NCBI RefSeq assembly: GCF_000400465.1
Contig: NW_008806277.1
Location: 20,001-268,000 of the forward strand
Source: Wallemia ichthyophaga EXF-994
Taxonomy: Eukaryota > Fungi > Basidiomycota
DNA: 248,000 nucleotides
Direction: 5' to 3'
The notes beneath the pieces were generated by a model. It was not told the DNA's origin and searched no databases. It saw only the letters and a list, made by a program, of their open reading frames with translations. Both the position numbers and the translations under genes were made by a program. Positions 228,021-242,555 of the stretch are shown here, piece by piece (the first letter of the stretch is position 1; every line of letters starts with the position of its first letter).

Positions 228021-229521
228021 ACTGTACTTTTCTTTTGAATATAATGACTTGTTCATTTCTTAGATCCCTAACTGCGGTGATTAGTCTGATACAGATTTCA
228101 ATTTAGTTAATGAAAACAATTTGACAATAGCCCTTATCTTCTCGCTCAGACCCTTTTTGAGAGATAACAAAGGAAACGTAGCAGTAAACAAACCTTTATT
228201 ATTAAAATTTACAGCCCTATCCACCTGTAGAACTCAAATAAATATGATTAACACCCATTTCTTATGTTCGTAAAAGTTTTCATCGCTGTATCTGTCGGTA
228301 GGTGTACTGTTGGAGGTGTTTTATTGACTACAAAACACCTACTAAAGCCTCAACCGTCTTCGCTGCTCCAATTGCATGCTCTGCCTCCTTCAATTCGATC
228401 GTCCAAGGAATCGGCTAGAACCCAGACTTCTACTTCGGCTCTCAACCCTTAAGTGCGAATACTCAAGACTTACAGCTAAAAGCTGATCATATTTCTCAAG
228501 TTGCGTTTACAATCGCGCGTTTAATCACGCGTTTCACTGACAAACGACGCGACTCTGGTGATCAAACAATTGACTTGGTTCTTCAAGTAAACTAACGAGC
228601 AAATCTCTGCTCATGGTACTGAAACTTGTGGTGTTACCCAAAGATGCTTAAAAGTACTTTTCTGAAGATATTTAGGTATTTTCGACCACCTCACACTAAA
228701 ACTCAAGATTGTGGTCGGTGAAGATCTAGTTTTGCCATCCGTGTTCTAGCCAATGGATAACGAAATCGAAGCGACGATTTTTGGTGTATAGTCAGACGTT
228801 ACCAACATTCAACAAATCATAAATGGCGCTCTGAACGACCTGGGTTTTGGTGATGTTGCCAGCCCACTGGAGAAGACGCTGAACGACAAATTTCCAGGGC
228901 TTCTAAACTTAAATGGCAATAAGCTCAACAAGGTTCTTGAAGGCGTGTCCTTTGTTGGTGACCATTTGTTATCGATTGAATTGTGGATAGTCGGGATGAC
229001 TGGGGCAAAATCAGTCACGCTAATGTAATTAATTGAATGACATGTAACGATAACCGCCAATTTACTTGGCAAATTGTGACACTTGATCAGCACCGATGGT
229101 CGTGTCTAGGTACGAGGCCTGACATTTTGAGGATTGCACGTCGATCAAGTTGAAGATAATGGAAGGCAATGACTGATAGCTGCAGTCTATGCTTATTTTT
229201 ATTAGCCTGCAGATAAAAGTGGAGGTCTGTCATAGTCTCAGGCGTGTGGGTGTCATTAAGGGATGTCCGCGGGTGCTTTCAGGGAGCAGTATAAATGAAA
229301 AGCGGCTAAATGTGTCAAAGAAAAGACTTTAGCTTCTTAAAATTCTCTGTAAAACCTATGGACGATGTTGAGCAAAGCCACACTCAGCCAAAAGAAGGAA
229401 TGTGGATGAGATTTAATATGTGTGCCAATCGAATCAAATGTATAATCACTCACAATACATCTCCACCCTTACTGCTCTTTATCGTAATTTCCCGACTTCG
229501 TCTTCTCGCCCGTTCATCACT

Positions 229522-230331
229522 ATGATAAAGAACTTGCGCTGCTTTGGTACATCTTGCAGGACGCAGGCTGTGCTTGGTCCGAAAGGAGCGCAAAATCAAG
229601 TTTATCGCTGGGAGAGCTCCAAGCCAGACGATAGCGCAACTCCAAAGCTTGAGATTGAGAGTAAGCGGAGATGGCTGGCATATATGCGCATGGAAGAGTT
229701 TGAGCTGCCAAAGCTAGAGAGTGCGTTGTTTCATGTTATAGAATACCTCTGACATGCATTAGAATACAAAAAGGAATTCGTACCGCCAGCCGACGACCAA
229801 GTTGTAAAGGTGAGGACACTCGAATATCTCAATCAAAAGCCACACCCAGCATCCGTGAAATCTGTCATTTCCGTTAAAATCAAAGATCTTCCTCTCACGG
229901 ATGGATCGTGTAAGCACAAGGCTAAACTTCTCGCAGGCCCTCGCTGGTCAGGGCCACAATCAAGCATATTAAATGGCAAACTTATAGAAGATATTGACGG
230001 TGAGGTTAAGATAAGCTCAGAAAATTTCCCACATAGGGCACAGAATGTCAGATGGTGCTCTGACAAGCTGCAGTTACTGATAAAGGAGTCAAACGTGAGC
230101 AGCCAGTTCGAAGGCGTCCACTCGCTAACAAGACTTTTACAGGATAAAAGCTACAACTTTGATGACATTCCTTTAGATACTCGTCACGTTATTCGCAGAA
230201 TCCGCAAGTCAAGGCGTGGTGGACATAAGATGGAGAACTTGGCAGGTGCGCAGCAGGGGCGTAGGCCGACAAAGTATGATATGCCGGAGGAGTGGATTGA
230301 AGAGGCCAAATTAGCGTTATCACAAAAGTGA
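229522..230331 (+). CDS. RSM24: Mitoribosomal protein mS35/Rsm24
   Basis: LLAGPRW, KISSENFP..QN. Confidence 0.85.
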
Positions 230332-230592
230332 TGTCGTAGAGAATGTGATATGTTTTTACCAAAAAAAAAGATCACGAGAAAGAGAGCTGTGTTAATGATC
230401 ATATCTATACTGGTATTCCTATAATGAAGAGTTCCTAAAACATTTAATGTGTATGCATGTCCGAAAATGTCTCCAAGGTGACATTTCTGTCTTTGAATGC
230501 TTTGAAGATGGGGATTGAGTATGGAATGCAGATTCCGATCTTTATTCAATTTAAAGAATTGTAAGTAGCAGTGCTCTTAAACAACAATTACA

Positions 230593-231598
230593 ATGACCAA
230601 CATGATTCTCTCACCTCCAGCAACGCCTATGTTCACCGAGATGAAGGACACTCCAGAGAACTTGTCTTCGTTTGTGCAGACATTCGTTGCATCAACGTTC
230701 CCTCCATCCAAGAAGCAGATGCAGACAAACATATACACACCACCCGCCTCTCCAATGTCACCGCAATTCAACCAAGGTCCACACTCTGAGCTTCAAGACT
230801 TTGCATACTATATAATAACGCGTGCTGAGCTCTGCACAGAAGCAGCGCTATGCGCATTGGCTCTGTTAGCACGTCTTCGCAGAAGATTGCCTCGCGCAAG
230901 AGCTGAATCAGGTCCAAGACTCTTCCTTGCCGCTATGATTGTCGCATCCAAGGGACTCTTCGATATCGCATACAATAACCCTGGATGGTATGAAATAGCT
231001 GCAGGCTGTCCTGCTATTGAAGCAGACTTTGCCTTGGCAGACATTAACTTGAGTAAGTTAAATTTTTACAAATTGCGACTAAATTGACGAATCATTAGTG
231101 GAGCGCCAGCTGCTAGCACACTTGGATTATCGTGTTGCCGTATTTGGTGATGAAATTCTCGCTTTACGTAGAATATACACCACTGGATCAGTACAGCAAC
231201 CATTGGTGAAATCGCAATCTACCAACACGTCAATCAACAGCCTCATCACGCCACCACCATCACCGCTAGATATGCCATTCTTAGATCAATCACAGTCACA
231301 ATCGCAATCGCAGTCACAATCATTCAATGAACCAGTGCCACCACCACGCCCATACAAGTCACGCGTCAGAAATTCAATTGGAGGTACACAAGATATTCAG
231401 CAATATCAAACATTCGCTGAGCCAATGACAATTTATGCGAGAAGACCGCGTGCAGTACCACTGCCACCACTGTTGCCTGTTCAATCGAGCGCATGTTCAA
231501 TGGAGACAGGACCATTCACAGCACCTATTAATAGCCAAGCACCACAGTATCCTCAGTCATTTGAGAATACAACACGCTCACACCGTCGCTGGCTCTAA
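230593..231598 (+). CDS. Pcl-like cyclin-fold protein
   Basis: RLFLAAMIVASK, MERQLL..LDY. Confidence 0.75.
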
Positions 231599-231791
231599 AT
231601 GAGACACGAGAACAACAACGACATTCACGGACACTCAGCTTTCTTAAATTATCAAATGACATACCCACGGCAAATACTGTAAATCAATTTTAATCGGATT
231701 CCAAAAAGTAGAATACATTCTTTTTAATAATTTCTATATAAAATAACGCTTGTGTGTTTACAATCAACTCGACGCGACGTGAACAAATGAA

Positions 231792-233213
231792 ATGTCGAAG
231801 TCGCTGCAAGATCTAGACGTTCTCTCGCATGTTCTTAAGCAGAGATTGCTAAAAGGTTGATCCCTTCTCATCGCGTTTCGGTGGCAATCGATTAACGTCA
231901 TTTGCAGCTGATCTAATTGACCCTTTTGAAGTTTTGGTTATGGACACTGGCAATTTATCAAAGAGGCTAAATATGTCTGCTTCAGAATGTCAAAAACTCA
232001 TCGACGTCGTTGCGCTTGGTGCTTTTCCTGATGTAGAGGATTGGACAAGTCGATTTAATTCGATGGACAGTTTCACGAGCGGTGACAGCGCGATAGATGA
232101 TGTACTTGGTGGTGGTATACGCGAGCAGTCTCTACTTGAGATAGTTGGAGCATCGTAAGTGGATTTGGTGTAATTGCACACACCCACTTAAATACCGTCT
232201 ACAGCTCCGTTGGCAAGTCGCAGCTAACAATGCAATCTCTCGTTACAGTTCAGCTGCCTTTCGAAGAAGGTGGTTTGGACGCACGCGCAATACTGATACA
232301 CGCAAGTAAGGCACCGCCAACAGAACGGCTGAGTACAATCGCGCGTACATATTTTCCAGAATCGCATCCGAACGATATTCTATCAAACATATCTCTTCTC
232401 CATGTGAGGGATTTTCAGTGTTTGCAGCACGCGTTAGATTTTTTCATACCGCGATTTTTGGTAGACGGAACAAAAAGCAAACCAGTCAGATTGATTGCAG
232501 TAGATTCTCTCGGAGAGCTTAGTAGGCAATTTGATTCGAATGCGCATGGACTCGCGCAGAGGAATGCATCGCTGTTGCGAGTAGTTGATAGCTGTAAGCG
232601 ACTTATACACAAGTACAGACTATCGCTCGTTGTTGTGAATGGAGTCAGTGAGGCTATACAAGAAAATCAGATAGCGACGATGAATAGCTATGGTGTTCAG
232701 TCGCGTGCTTTCTCTGGACAGTCTGTACATAGCACCAAACAAGCCCAATTGGGATTAATATGGGCACACAACGTTCAAACGCGCTTGATGCTGGTAAGGA
232801 CGCTGCGAAAAGTCCATGTGAAGGTAACGGAGTCAGAGATAAGGATGAGTTCAACAGCAAATGGCGAAGCTGAAGCACGACTACCTATGCCACCAAAGGT
232901 AGAAGAAAGTGTAATGAATATTGATAGGCGGTTCAAGAAACCTCGCAAAGATGAAACATTTGCTGTGCACAAGCGCAGAGCTCACGTCGTATACTCAACA
233001 TACCTGAGTGGAGGAAAGTGCGAGTTTTATATACTCCCAATTGGAGTAAGGTCGGTAGAAATGACAAGACCAGATAGAAGAAAAGGATCACCAGTTCCAA
233101 CATGCGCTCTCACACCGGCAATCAGTCAGTCGCATACGCAATCGATAGATGACGATGAAGCAAAGATCTGGGCATCGATATCGTTCAGTGATGGGGACGA
233201 GGAGGATCTTTAG
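231792..233213 (+). CDS. RAD57: Rad51 paralog Rad57/XRCC3
   Basis: SGDSAID.VLGGG, GKSQ, AVDS. Confidence 0.8.
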
Positions 233214-233272
233214 CATAGATTAATATAAAAATGTAAATTATTGAGCATTGTTGATAACACTCAGTCATCATC

Positions 233273-234497
233273 ATGTATAAACTGAAAAACACGCTAGCGG
233301 GGCATAAGAGGAGTGTAAATAGGGCAAGATTTAGTAACAGTGGCAAATATCTCGCGTCAGCGGGTGTGTAAAAGGTTTAAGTATCACCTACCAACCTAAT
233401 GCTCAACAAGGCGCAGATAAAACTGTGAAAGTTTGGAATATAGAGAAAGGGTTTTTACTAGAGAATTTTGAAGAACACGAGGATGGGGTGAATGACGTTT
233501 GCTGGTCATCGAATGATAGATATATCGCTAGTGGATCTGATGATAGATCAATAATACTGTGGTCGATAGAAGGCGTAAGAAACAAGGATCACGCCGTAAA
233601 AGTACTCAAAGGACACACAAATTATGTCTTGTGCGTTTGTTACAATCCACAGTGCAATCTATTAGCAAGTGGATCTTTTGACGAGACAGTGAGAATTTGG
233701 GATGTGCTGAGAGGTATGCTAACTGTTATTAACGTGTTAATTTAAATTATAAGCAGGAAAATGTTTGAGAACTATATCAGCACATTCAGATCCAGTAACA
233801 TCGATAGACTTTAGCAATGATAGCTCGTATATAGCTAGCTGCTCGATGGATGGACTGATGTAGGGGTTTGCTAGTGTCTCGTGGCATAGCTCGTGACGTG
233901 GGTAGCTAACACATTCTGTCAGACGTATATGGGATATTTGGTCAGGACAATGCTTGAAGACATTAGTCGATGAGTCAAACAAACAAGCGACATTTTTAAA
234001 ATTCTCACCCAACTCTCAATACCTCTTAAGCGCATCATTAGATCATATGGTGAAACTATGGGCATATGCTAGTAAAGAACGACCTATTCGAACATACACA
234101 GGACACGATAATAGCATTTACGCACAGTCGATTGATTTCGGCTACTTTAAGGAGAAGAGGTGTGTCATTGCTGGTTCTGAGGATGGCAAGGTGTTTGTTT
234201 GGGATTTGCAGACAAAGGAGGTTTTGCACAGTTTTACTGCACATAAAGGTGGGTGTGATATAATATAGTGATCAAGGCATTATTGACAAAGTAGACGCCG
234301 TTATTAACGTTGATTCACATTCACGATTACCACTGATATGCAGCTGCTCATTGGAAAAAGAGTGAGTGGGTATTCAACGTTAATCAAAACTAACTTGAAC
234401 CAGTCTGACAATAAAGATTTGGGAGTATGTACCAGGTGATACTGAAATGATTGAAGATAGTAATGTACCATCGAATGAAGTTATGAATGATGATTGA
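233273..234497 (+). CDS. SWD3: WDR5/Swd3
   Basis: GHTNYVLCV.YNP, SGSFDETVRIWD. Confidence 0.85.
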
Positions 234498-234547
234498 AAT
234501 GGTATCACATTGAGAATACAATTGAGTCAAATGAAATGCAAGTTGAG

Positions 234548-235807
234548 CTAATCATTTCTAGGACAATCCAAAGCGAAGAGTGGGAAGGGATAGATATCTT
234601 GATCGAGTAGACCGGCATACTCACCACTAATATTGACATCGCCAGATTTATCATTGACTTTGTTAGCTAGTGATGGAGATAGATGAGCAAAATGTTGGAT
234701 GAGGGGAGGTAAAAGCTTGTTGGAAGACTTTTCGTCTAAATCTATGACAACATATAAGTAGTCTGTTGGTAAACCATATCTCAGGACAGATTCGATGTAT
234801 AATCTGAGGAATTTAATATGAGCCAGAGCTTGGAATGTTTCAGAGAAGACGACTTTTAGTAGTTGAGTGAACTTTTTGTATTGGAATTTTTCTTTATCGC
234901 GGGCGTCTTGAAGTTGTTTTGATGACTCTTGTCCTAATGAGGGGTCGAATTGAAATTCACGAACAATGAACCTGTTTTCGCGACAAGCTTGAGAGAAGTC
235001 TTGCTTATACTTGCGGAAAACAGAAACATTAACAAGGGCAAATTCACTGTCTGTCGTAATAACGCTGTGGGGGAGGGTGTAAGAAGGTGAGAGTGAATTG
235101 AAGATGGTAGAACCTACTTGGATGATCTGGGTACAACCATCTTGCCCATTCTTTCATAAGAATTAAACCAATCTTTGAGGTTATTTCTGTTATTGACGTT
235201 AGAAAGTGGATAGGCACGGCAACGCAGCAACTTGCAAAGGGACAGCAATGAATAGAGATTGTAGAAATTCAGAATCAACGACATGAGATTGAGAAATGAT
235301 ACCAGCTAAGGATTTAGTTGAGAGATTGCCTAATTGTTTACGTTCAAGTTGGTTGAGAGAGCCTTTCGCGATTTGATAGTCTTGTTGATGATTTTTAAAG
235401 TCTAAATTATGAGAGTTGACGTTGTTTACGATGGCATGAGAAATATCAAATAGATTAGAATTATTGCGTTTGTATTTATAGTTATTCCATTTGAAATCGT
235501 TTAGGTATTCCTTCGGAGGGATTTGATCAATGGATAAAGAACTTGTGACGTTTAAGCTATCGGAAGACTCCAAGTAATTTTGAAGGAAAGAAGAAATGTG
235601 ATGATCGAGTTGATCAAGCTGTTCAGACAAAGAAATGGAAGCAGCTAAAGAGCTATATTTGAATGCAGGTAACTCAATCGTATGGATTGAAGTCGAAGGG
235701 TTTTGAATAGAGTTTGATTTTATAATGGCAGCCTTTAAATTTGAAATTAAATTAAATTTGTTTTCGTTCTTGATTGGAATTGAAATTAAATAAAATAAAT
235801 CCTTCAT
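234548..235807 (-). CDS. VMA5: V-ATPase subunit C
   Basis: GNLSTKSL, SVLRYGLP. Confidence 0.88.
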
Positions 235808-235937
235808 GGTGGTTGTGGATGTGGTGGGTGTGCATGATACAAGGTTCACAAGTACAATCAAGGGGTAATATAAAATGTAATTAATACTGCTATACGCATA
235901 CACACACACCAACTAAACTCACAGGGCTAAACTCACA

Positions 235938-236591
235938 ATGAAAAAGATTAAAAACCGCGAATCAATCCACCCAGGTTCACGTAAGGCTGAGCAAGTTACA
236001 AGGGTAAACCTGCGTTTGAATAAGCTGGATCAGAAGAAAAAGGCTTTGAATACTGATAAGAGTAACAAGATGGCTAGGTATCATTACTTGGCAAATAGAA
236101 TATCACAGCTAGAACCACAGCCTACAAGGATAAGCCTGGAAGATCTTCACAGTCTAGTTATACAATACATTGATAGAGATGATGATATTTATAATCAACT
236201 TAAATCTGATAGGGAGATTAGAGATAGTAAGTTAAAGAGATACTCAGGCAAAACAGCTAGAGAGGGTGAAATTGAATCTAGAAAGGAGAGAGAGTTATCA
236301 GAGTTTAATAGTGGATTCGTAGTACCAGATTTAACTGATAATATCACAATGGATTTGTTCAAACAATTTCCAAGTGCTCGTAAAATATCAAAGAAAACAA
236401 AGGGGAAAACTCATTCAAGTCAAGTGAACCAGGATAATTCTGATAATCAACAGCTAGATGAAGATGAATTATCAAAGCATGGATTAGATTTCAATTACCT
236501 CCCCCAGCTAAAGTTGATAAGAGTTTATTCAAATGATAATTCTAGATCTGATTTATTCCAATCTGGCCAGAATCCTATCTATAATAAATAG
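235938..236591 (+). CDS. TMA16: Translation machinery-associated Tma16
   Basis: IHPGSRKA, GFVVPDLT. Confidence 0.8.
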   Translation: MKKIKNRESIHPGSRKAEQVTRVNLRLNKLDQKKKALNTDKSNKMARYHYLANRISQLEPQPTRISLEDLHSLVIQYIDRDDDIYNQLKSDREIRDSKLKRYSGKTAREGEIESRKERELSEFNSGFVVPDLTDNITMDLFKQFPSARKISKKTKGKTHSSQVNQDNSDNQQLDEDELSKHGLDFNYLPQLKLIRVYSNDNSRSDLFQSGQNPIYNK

Positions 236592-236647
236592 CTTATTTTG
236601 TATTTTAATTTTTATCCCTCTTAAACATCTTCAATCATCAAGTCAAT

Positions 236648-239115
236648 ATGCCCATCAGACAGCTTGAATCTTTCATAAATGAAAAGAAATTAAGTAAATC
236701 CACTTCGCTTTCTTCTTTAAGGGATACAAGATTAGGCATTGAAATGCAAACTTATTTGAATAGGCTGTTTGTAGATCCAAATTCAAAGGAACCTTTAGTC
236801 GCTGCTATGGGTGGTCATCCACTCGCTTTAATGGCTCACATCGAATCCGATCTAAGACTCCTCGAAAAATGGCACATCAAACCAATTTTCATCTTTAACG
236901 GTTTACAGCCTTCCAGAAAAATGAGATCTGGTTATACCGACTCTAGATCAACAATACGCTCAAATGGTTGGTCGGCTTATGAACAAGGTAGAATCGATGA
237001 CTCAATAAATAGCTTCGGTCAAAGGCAAAACATATTTCAACCCGATCTATTACGCCTTATTCATAAACTATTCAGACAACGTCACGTTGACTTTATCACT
237101 GCCCCTTACGTTTCTTGGCCTCAATCTGTATACCTCCTTACTCACCCAAATTCTTACATTCACGCTATTTTTGGTGCAACTGAACACCTCCTTTACCCAC
237201 AAACTGATAAATTAATTACCTCCATCGATTTGAAGAGAGGTTTCTTCAATTGGATTTCAAAGAAATCCTTATTAAACGAGTTAAGATTATCCGATGATCA
237301 ATTCTTTGACGTTGGTTTACTAGCTGGCATTGATATTTGCCCCACTTTCCCTCCTGCAAATCAGCAATTCGATTTCAAGCAAATCGTTGAAACTGTCAGG
237401 CAAGCAAAATCCGGTTGGGTCGCTGTACAAAACTTTATTCAATCTCAACAATCAAATGGTCACGAATCTTCCTATTACGTTGATTCCTATCAAAAAGCTG
237501 TCATCATCTTGAACTTTTCCTTCGTCTTATCAGCTGAGGAAGGTCGCGTTTTACCTTTACCTTTGGCAATTCCCCCTCCATCTCCACAACCTGCTCTCTC
237601 TTCTGCTGATATTCCTTCCGATTTAGCTGACGTTTTCTCACCTCGTCTACCTGATGAGGTTTACTTTCATTTGTGTAGAGGTTTGATCGGTCCTTGGCCT
237701 ATTAACACTCTCGCACAAGGTGGCTTCCAAGAAATGCCTCCATTATGCAATGGCGAGACTCAGGAATACAAAAGCTTCGTTAAGGATTACATTACAGAGT
237801 CTAACTTTGGTCCAAGAGCTGTTGCTATTGCTTTGATTGCTTCTGCTTTACATCCATTTTGGCGTAACAGACAGGTTCATGCTCACTATTACTTCCATAA
237901 CCACTCCACACTCGTACCACACAACTCTTCAACAACTACCGATCTTATAAAGAGAATTGAACATTGGAATGTTCCTTCTCGTGTCATTGAGGATGAATTG
238001 AGGAGACAGAATTCTTCAACTATCGATTTTGCCCTTTGTCTTGGTGCTACAAGTGGTGACAAATTTGCTGAAAGAACTATAACAATCAAGCCATCAAATG
238101 GTCCTGTTTTACATAAGAAGGATGAAATTGTTGCAAATACCATATGGCGGTTTTTGGAATTAAGATCGTACGTATGCACGCTGTTCTAATAGCTAACAAC
238201 CTAACCCGAATGATAGCTTCCTCACACCTCAACACACTCACACACCCTTCGGACGTGCGATGCATAATGCACTCACAGTGTCAAGACTTAATGACAAGTT
238301 CCAAGAGCCACTTGTACTTCTTGTCGAGCTTTTGCGTGCTCGTGTTCTCCATGATCGTCACTTTTCAAATATACAATTCTCAGGTGGTCCATCACTTGGT
238401 AGTGAAGATGATAAGAGAAGTATGCTGTTGATATACCGTACACTCTCCATTGTTCCACTTCATTTCAAAGTCAGTTGAGTGTTAAGTGCGAGTACACACC
238501 CATCTAATACCCTCAATCAGGCAGAGCATTGGTCAGGACCATTATCTAGGGAGCTGCTCGTCTTCAACTCTTTCCACAAGTCACTTTCAAGGTCTTTAAG
238601 AACGCTCGTCGAATCTATCACCATCAACGCCTTCCTCAAGAACAACGCAAAGAGAGCACGTGAAGATTATCTTGATATTGCGCTCTCATTACCATTCCAA
238701 AATGATACCAACACTGGATTTGGTATATTTATTAAGGTGAGTTTGGCTTGGATGTTTTAGTGGAGTGTTATTGACTAAGAATCACAGATTTACTTAGATG
238801 CATTGACAACATTCGCAGAAGGCAGCATTACAGAAGAAAACAAAGACAGTGACTTTGTAAATGAAGCCAAACAGTCAGCTATTGAGGTTTTGGGTGACGC
238901 CATACCCAACGTGAAGAACCCAGAGTCAGAACTTATGCGAGGATTTAGATTTTGGGATGCTGTAGGTGCTTAGATGCTTGCACAACTAACCAACTGACAA
239001 AAAACAGGTTCTTGTTTGTGTGCGCACTCTCAAAGCAGACAAAGCGATTGATATAAAACTGGCTGAATCATTCGAAGGAGCCAACAGCTACCTTGACATG
239101 ATGAGACCAAATTGA
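236648..239115 (+). CDS. MKT1: Mkt1 (XPG-like) regulator
   Basis: EPLVAAMGG.P, WSGPLSRELLVFNS. Confidence 0.85.
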
Positions 239116-239199
239116 TCAACCAGTTTTATGCAGTTTATACATATGATTGAAATGAAATGAAATTTATTGTGAAAATGTCTCTAATTTTCTTTTGATTTG

Positions 239200-239570
239200 G
239201 CTTCAAGGAACTTTTCAAGGTCAAATGATGGATTCTCAGGGTCAGTGATTACTGTTGAGCTTTAGTGTGTAAATCACATAACTAGGGCAGATTACTCACA
239301 TCCATTGCTACTCTTTGATGGCTTCTTCTCGATCCAAGCTTTACGTGCCTTCTCAATGACTTGTTGGTGGTGCTTCTCAGCCAAGTGCTCCTCCTCTTGT
239401 GCTTGAATCTTATGCACAGAACGCAGGTGTACTGCACCGTATACAACACCCGTGGCAAGTGCTGTCCAGCGAACAACCTAGTAGCGAATTAATGAGCTAA
239501 ATCAACCAAACTAAAACCACAGCGCCCACGTTTTGTGTAACCGATGCCATCGTCGTTGATCGTTTGAGTT
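239200..239570 (-). CDS. Pet117-like COX assembly factor
   Basis: VYGAVHLRSVHKIQ pattern, spliced; ends approximate. Confidence 0.45.
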
Positions 239571-239685
239571 TAAGTGAGTCGATTTAAACGTTGACGCCGG
239601 GAAACTTTTTTCAATCTTGATAAATGCATAAAGAGTAATTAAAATGAGTTTAAAAAATAATTTAAATTAAAAGTTAGTACTCTCT

Positions 239686-240820
239686 CTAAACATGACGGCT
239701 TTGAAACTGTGTGGTGGGGTTAGTTGGCGTGAGCTGGTTTCTAGAATATACAGCGCAAGACTCACAATTCGTAAGATAACCAACATAAAGCATTCGATGG
239801 CATATGGGTGAGCATACGTGGTGCCCACCCTCTAAAGAATCCCTTGGCACCATTGCGCTCATACACAATCGACCATGCCTCCATTATACCAGATGCATTT
239901 CTTACGCGCATATCTTCAACTGGTGCATTACCACGTGTCTGAAGCACTGTCTTGGCTACGTCTAGTGGCGTTGTGAGGAGTGCTGCAACGGCTCCGGCTG
240001 CTGCACCCGACACACCGTGCGATACTGGTGAGTAGTTGTTCTGTGGATTGAGTATCTTTTTTGTGGATTCATAGGTGGAGAACTGCACGGCTGTGAACGG
240101 AACAGTCATCATGCTATGGGTGGGGGATGAATATAGGATTGTCTCAGCACTCCATACTCACAGTGTCGTTGGATATGAGACGTAGAAAGCCGAGAGTCCT
240201 TCTGTCTTGAGAAGTGTTCTAGCACACGAGCGCACTGTTTTAAATTTCGAGTCCTCGACCTGCATTCTCTGCTTAATCACTGTGATGCGGTGTTAAAAAA
240301 ATAGTGTAACTAGACTGACGCACCATCGAATGGGTTCATCAAAGCATCAGCAGCTATCGTCGCCGAAGCACCGGCCAACGCTATAAACAACGCTCGTCAG
240401 CACTGGAAAACGTTCGCGCTGTGTACCTTACCGGTAGGCAGCACCTGGTGACCCTCTCTGTTGCCTCCCGACAGATCCTTCATAGCCTCGTAAACGCCGA
240501 AATAAACAGCGTGTGCTGGACCAGCGCCAATAACAACTGAACTGACACCTCTCCACAACGATCTGAGTCCTTCGGTCGAAGAAACCCTATTGAAAGCCGA
240601 ATTTACAGACGAGTAAGCGAGTGCTTTGGATGAAGTTGGTGATGTCTGTATTACTTGCATACGTGTCTGTTGAATGAATAGCATAAGCAGGATACATCGT
240701 TGGTGGATAGACTAAACGACTAACTTTGATACTGTCGACGGGATACATGAATGCATGCTCCGATATACCTGCCAACGCTCCTGCGAATGCATGTATACCC
240801 CAAGAAGCAGTCTCTGGCAA
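239686..240820 (-). CDS. Mitochondrial iron carrier Mrs3/4
   Basis: MYPVDSIK, GPAHAVYF..YE, TPLDVAKT. Confidence 0.9.
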
Positions 240821-241342
240821 TGCTTCGTAATCAGGCTCTTCAACGACGGGAGCGGCTTCCTGAGGCTGTCAAATTTGTTATTCTGTGATGCTTTTGGTGG
240901 TGCTCTATGCTAACATTGGCAATTGACATTTCTTCCCGCTTATTTGCTTGTCTTTGTACGACCTGCGAAGACAAGATGTCGTTGGGCGCGGTTGAGTTGA
241001 TGGATGATCAAAGATCAATTTTAAATTTCGTGGCGGCGTCGTTGTGCACTTTATGTATTGGCAATGTGTCGTTTTACTGTAACGCCCTTCACAGCTTCGT
241101 GCGCGGTGAATGCTGGAATCACTCAGTGAACGCCAACGTCACGATGACGCAGGTGTTGCGTTGATCAGAAATGAATGGCTGGAAATATGCGCAGGTACTG
241201 GGAAAGACTAAGAGTCACTCAAAGCCACAGCTATCGCTCTGTATGCGTCCCAGGCGACACTTGCTCACAAAACGCGGACGGCGTACAGCCAGTCTGTCTT
241301 GTAGGTGTAAATGTGGATAACACCTCTTGAACCCCTTCAATC

Positions 241343-242555
241343 ATGGTCCTCGCTGCAATCGTCCAGTTCTGTGCACGTCACAACGTGAAAGACAACACAT
241401 TGCGCTGCGTGGATGCGATAAAATGTGCTGCCGGTAAAGGTGCCAAAGTGGGTTGTTTGCGTCGAAATACACGTGACGCTCATTCCGCAGGCAATCTTTC
241501 TGCCTGAAGCCAGCGATTTTATTGGCCAAGGTGACGCCTACAACAGGCTGTCTGAGCCATTAGAGAGTGGCTACTTCATGAGTGCAGTCAGAGACGCCGC
241601 GAAAGCGTCAGAGCTTTGGGTGTCTGTGTGTGTCCACGAAGCCGGTGGCTCGGACGGTCGCTGCTTCAACACCCAAGTACTCATCAGCGACAAAGGTTCT
241701 ATCGAATCTTCTTATAGGAAGGTGGGTCTATGTATTGATGTTGGTGTATACTCGCTGATTCCGCCAGATACACCTCTTTGACGTGAAGGATGTTGGGCCT
241801 GGCAATACGCCAGTGCTTGAAAGCGCTTCCACAGAGCCTGGTAGGCGTGTCGAGCAGCCGCGTCACACGCCATTCGGGAGAAGTGTGTATGTTCTTTGCG
241901 GCTGGCAACACTGACAAGTATGCATGCAGCCGGCATGCTCACCTGCTATGATCTGAGGTGGGCGACGTTTTGATAAAGCAACGAGACGATTAAACCAGTG
242001 GCAGATTCCCAGAGGTCAGCTTGATGCTGAGGGAGAAGGGTGCCGACGTCATCACATACCCCAGCAGCTTCGCAGTGAAGACGGTAAGTAGACGTTTTGC
242101 GCTGTTCAGGAACTGGAGCTACGACTTCAAATACTGATCCAAGATAGGGCAGGGCGCACTGGGGTATGTAAAGCACTCTCAACTCTGACACACTCACCGA
242201 TACGTGCAGAAACACTTCTCAGAGCCAGAGCTATCGAGACACAATGCTATGTGATAGCAGCAGCACAGGCGTGAGTTTGATCTTGCACTAAAACACCCTC
242301 TAATGATGCAGTGGCGTGCACACCCACGCCGGTAGAACATCCTATGGTAGATCCATGGTTGTTAATCCCTGGGGTGGGATTGTTACGCAGCTGGGCGCTT
242401 GCAATACAGATCCCAAGCCATACGATGATACCCAACCTCTTCCTGACACACCTACTGAAATCGCTTACTTTGACATCGATCTAGAGGAAATACAGAAAGT
242501 ACGCGCTGCAATGCCACTCCAGCAACAGCGTAGACATGACATTTATGCTGCTTGA
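241343..242555 (+). CDS. Nitrilase-family amidase (Nit1/Nit2)
   Basis: FLPEA, YRK, CYDLR, YGRSMVVNPWG. Confidence 0.9.
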
